Of a DNA stretch of 35,788 nt, positions 34,555 through 35,788 are shown piece after piece. How positions within the stretch are numbered: position 1 is the stretch's first letter; each line of letters starts with the position of its first letter. The notes below the pieces were generated by a model. The model saw only the letters and a program-made list of their open reading frames with translations, was not told where the DNA came from and ran no database searches. The position numbers and the translations under genes are program-made. Origin of the DNA: a virus (lineage: Duplodnaviria; Caudoviricetes); IMG/VR virus record IMGVR_UViG_3300008255_000271, positions 1 to 35,788 of that record; one strand, 5' to 3'.

Positions 34555-34742
34555 TTAATTTTATTAAAGACATGTGGGCGCTCTTACTCTGGAGCTTAAT
34601 GCCCAAGAGCGCAAAGCAAATGATTGTGGCAACCGCTACTATCCAGAATCAAATGGATACATTGATGAGCGTAATACGAAGCGGAAACTTCACTGCGGTA
34701 AGCCGTAGCACCAACAAAGAAGAAGATACGAGGCTGCAATGA
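34551..34742 (+). CDS. Hypothetical protein
   Basis: GGAGG RBS; GTGA overlap with the recombinase stop. Confidence 0.65.
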   Translation: MINFIKDMWALLLWSLMPKSAKQMIVATATIQNQMDTLMSVIRSGNFTAVSRSTNKEEDTRLQ

Positions 34743-35053
34743 AACAAGAGTCTCTCTTCACCTACGTCTCAGGCAATGCTTACCCGAAGGAGCCGGGCTA
34801 TCAGATGCGCGAGACAAGCTATGCGGCGGCCAAGAAGGTCAAGCCGACAGCTAAGACGTTGAGAGACTCGGTGCATAACATTTTAAAGAGCAAGGCAATG
34901 ACAGCGGACGAAGTTGCAGCGGTGATGAGAGAAAGCGTGTTGAGTATTAGGCCAAGGGTCACGGAGTTGATGCGGCAAGGATTAATCGAAGACTCGGGAG
35001 TCCGTCGAGAGAATGAGTCGGGAAAGAAAGCGACGGTATGGAGGGTAAAGTGA
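34739..35053 (+). CDS. Winged-helix DNA-binding protein
   Basis: TS..AA..V..MTADEVA..SIRPRVTEL..GLIEDSG.RR..SGK.A.VW pattern. Confidence 0.85.
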   Translation: MKQESLFTYVSGNAYPKEPGYQMRETSYAAAKKVKPTAKTLRDSVHNILKSKAMTADEVAAVMRESVLSIRPRVTELMRQGLIEDSGVRRENESGKKATVWRVK

Positions 35054-35208
35054 GCGAAGAGATTAAAGACTTCATGAACCGCGTTTTTGTTGAGGTTAGC
35101 AAACACCAAGAGGGCGACATCGCCTACACCTCGGAGGGGTATGTGCGATTCACTAACGGCAAATGGGAAAAACTAGAGGCTAAAGATGAAACTAATTTGG
35201 TGGATTAA
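35050..35208 (+). CDS. Hypothetical protein (52 aa)
   Basis: GGAGG RBS, GTGA overlap; MSEEIKDFMNRVFVEV..GKWEKLEAKDETNLVD. Confidence 0.65.
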   Translation: MSEEIKDFMNRVFVEVSKHQEGDIAYTSEGYVRFTNGKWEKLEAKDETNLVD

Positions 35209-35350
35209 ATCGAAGATACACGAATGGAAGTGGGGCCGAATGACGCAAGTAGAACGAAACAGGCGGCTTATTAGCGCTATGATTATGGGCAAGGAGTTAG
35301 CGGATAGAGCCGCGAGGGAAAACTACGAAAGGAGATTATTCGACAAATGA
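35186..35350 (+). CDS. Hypothetical protein (54 aa)
   Basis: GAGG RBS; MKLIWWIKSK..RRLFDK; ATGA coupling to the next gene. Confidence 0.6.
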   Translation: MKLIWWIKSKIHEWKWGRMTQVERNRRLISAMIMGKELADRAARENYERRLFDK

Positions 35351-35526
35351 AACTAAGCACAGAAAAAGGAACCGCAGGATTTGGAACATTATTAATGCTC
35401 CTGTTTATCGGGCTAAAGCTTACAGGCAATATTGATTGGTCGTGGTGGTGGGTACTGTCGCCGTTGTTCTTAGACCTGACCGTCGCTGTTCTAGCTATTG
35501 GCTTTATTTTCTGGAGGGCTAAATGA
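35347..35526 (+). CDS. Small two-TM membrane protein (LKL.G.IDWSWWWV family)
   Basis: GFGTLLMLLFIGLKLTGNIDWSWWWVLSPL is a recurrent phage small-membrane-protein motif. Confidence 0.8.
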   Translation: MKLSTEKGTAGFGTLLMLLFIGLKLTGNIDWSWWWVLSPLFLDLTVAVLAIGFIFWRAK

Positions 35527-35663
35527 AACTAAAACTTAAAAAGCTAAAGAGAAAATACGGGACCTGGAACTACGCCATCGCTAGATACTTTAGCGAACTT
35601 AACAAGAAGAGTTACGCGACAAAGACTGAGCGTAATCGAGCGAAGAGGCGGAGGAATAAGTAA
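35523..35663 (+). CDS. Highly basic small protein (46 aa)
   Basis: GGAGG RBS; MKLKLKKLKRKYG..RNRAKRRRNK; TAATG coupling. Confidence 0.55.
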   Translation: MKLKLKKLKRKYGTWNYAIARYFSELNKKSYATKTERNRAKRRRNK

Positions 35664-35752
35664 TGGACGTAGTAATCATTTTAGCAGCGGTGGCGGTTGT
35701 GGTGCTTCTACCCGCGATAGTGACAATGGTATACGGAGGGCATGAGGAATGA
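35663..35752 (+). CDS. Single-TM peptide (29 aa)
   Basis: GGAGG RBS; MDVVIILAAVAVVVLLPAIVTMVYGGHEE. Confidence 0.5.
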   Translation: MDVVIILAAVAVVVLLPAIVTMVYGGHEE

Positions 35753-35788
35753 CAATGCTTGAAGAACTTAAAACATTGCATGCTTACA
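35749..35788 (+). CDS. 5' end of a gene truncated by the window edge
   Basis: ATGA-coupled; MTMLEELKTLHAY. Confidence 0.5.
   Translation, partial: MTMLEELKTLHAY

Overview
The window is an apparently near-complete genome (about 36 kb) of a short-tailed (podovirus-type), probably temperate dsDNA phage, with no host genes visible. It begins inside a (Gly-Ser)n microsatellite at the 3' end of a gene and ends at the 5' start of a gene, so it is probably a circular genome broken at that repeat. The minus strand (about 2.0-27.2 kb) is the morphogenesis arm: TerS, TerL, portal, scaffold, major capsid, decoration-like proteins, holin-like genes, head-tail adaptor, nozzle, ejection proteins (one with an SLT domain) and a short tail fibre. 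The plus strand (27.3-35.8 kb, then 0-2.0 kb) is the early/replication arm: VRR-NUC nuclease, RHH regulators, a membrane-anchored SLT, Bet recombinase, SSB, initiator with iteron-like repeats, helicase loader, a tyrosine recombinase, wHTH and many small ORFs. The most unusual observations are: (1) five late-operon genes, several resembling virion decoration/fibre proteins, all carry Sec-type signal peptides and mostly paired Cys, suggesting exported virion accessory parts; (2) the late arm has no recognisable endolysin, and a secreted unknown protein sits between two holin-like genes; (3) the membrane-anchored SLT is split by one in-frame TAG while the downstream half stays intact; (4) an antisense lipoprotein and an antisense membrane ORF overprinted on the ejection-protein linker; (5) CBM5/12-like repeats inserted in the head-tail adaptor; (6) repeated gene-junction sequences between small accessory ORFs. 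All family assignments come from motif recognition by eye, not database searches.
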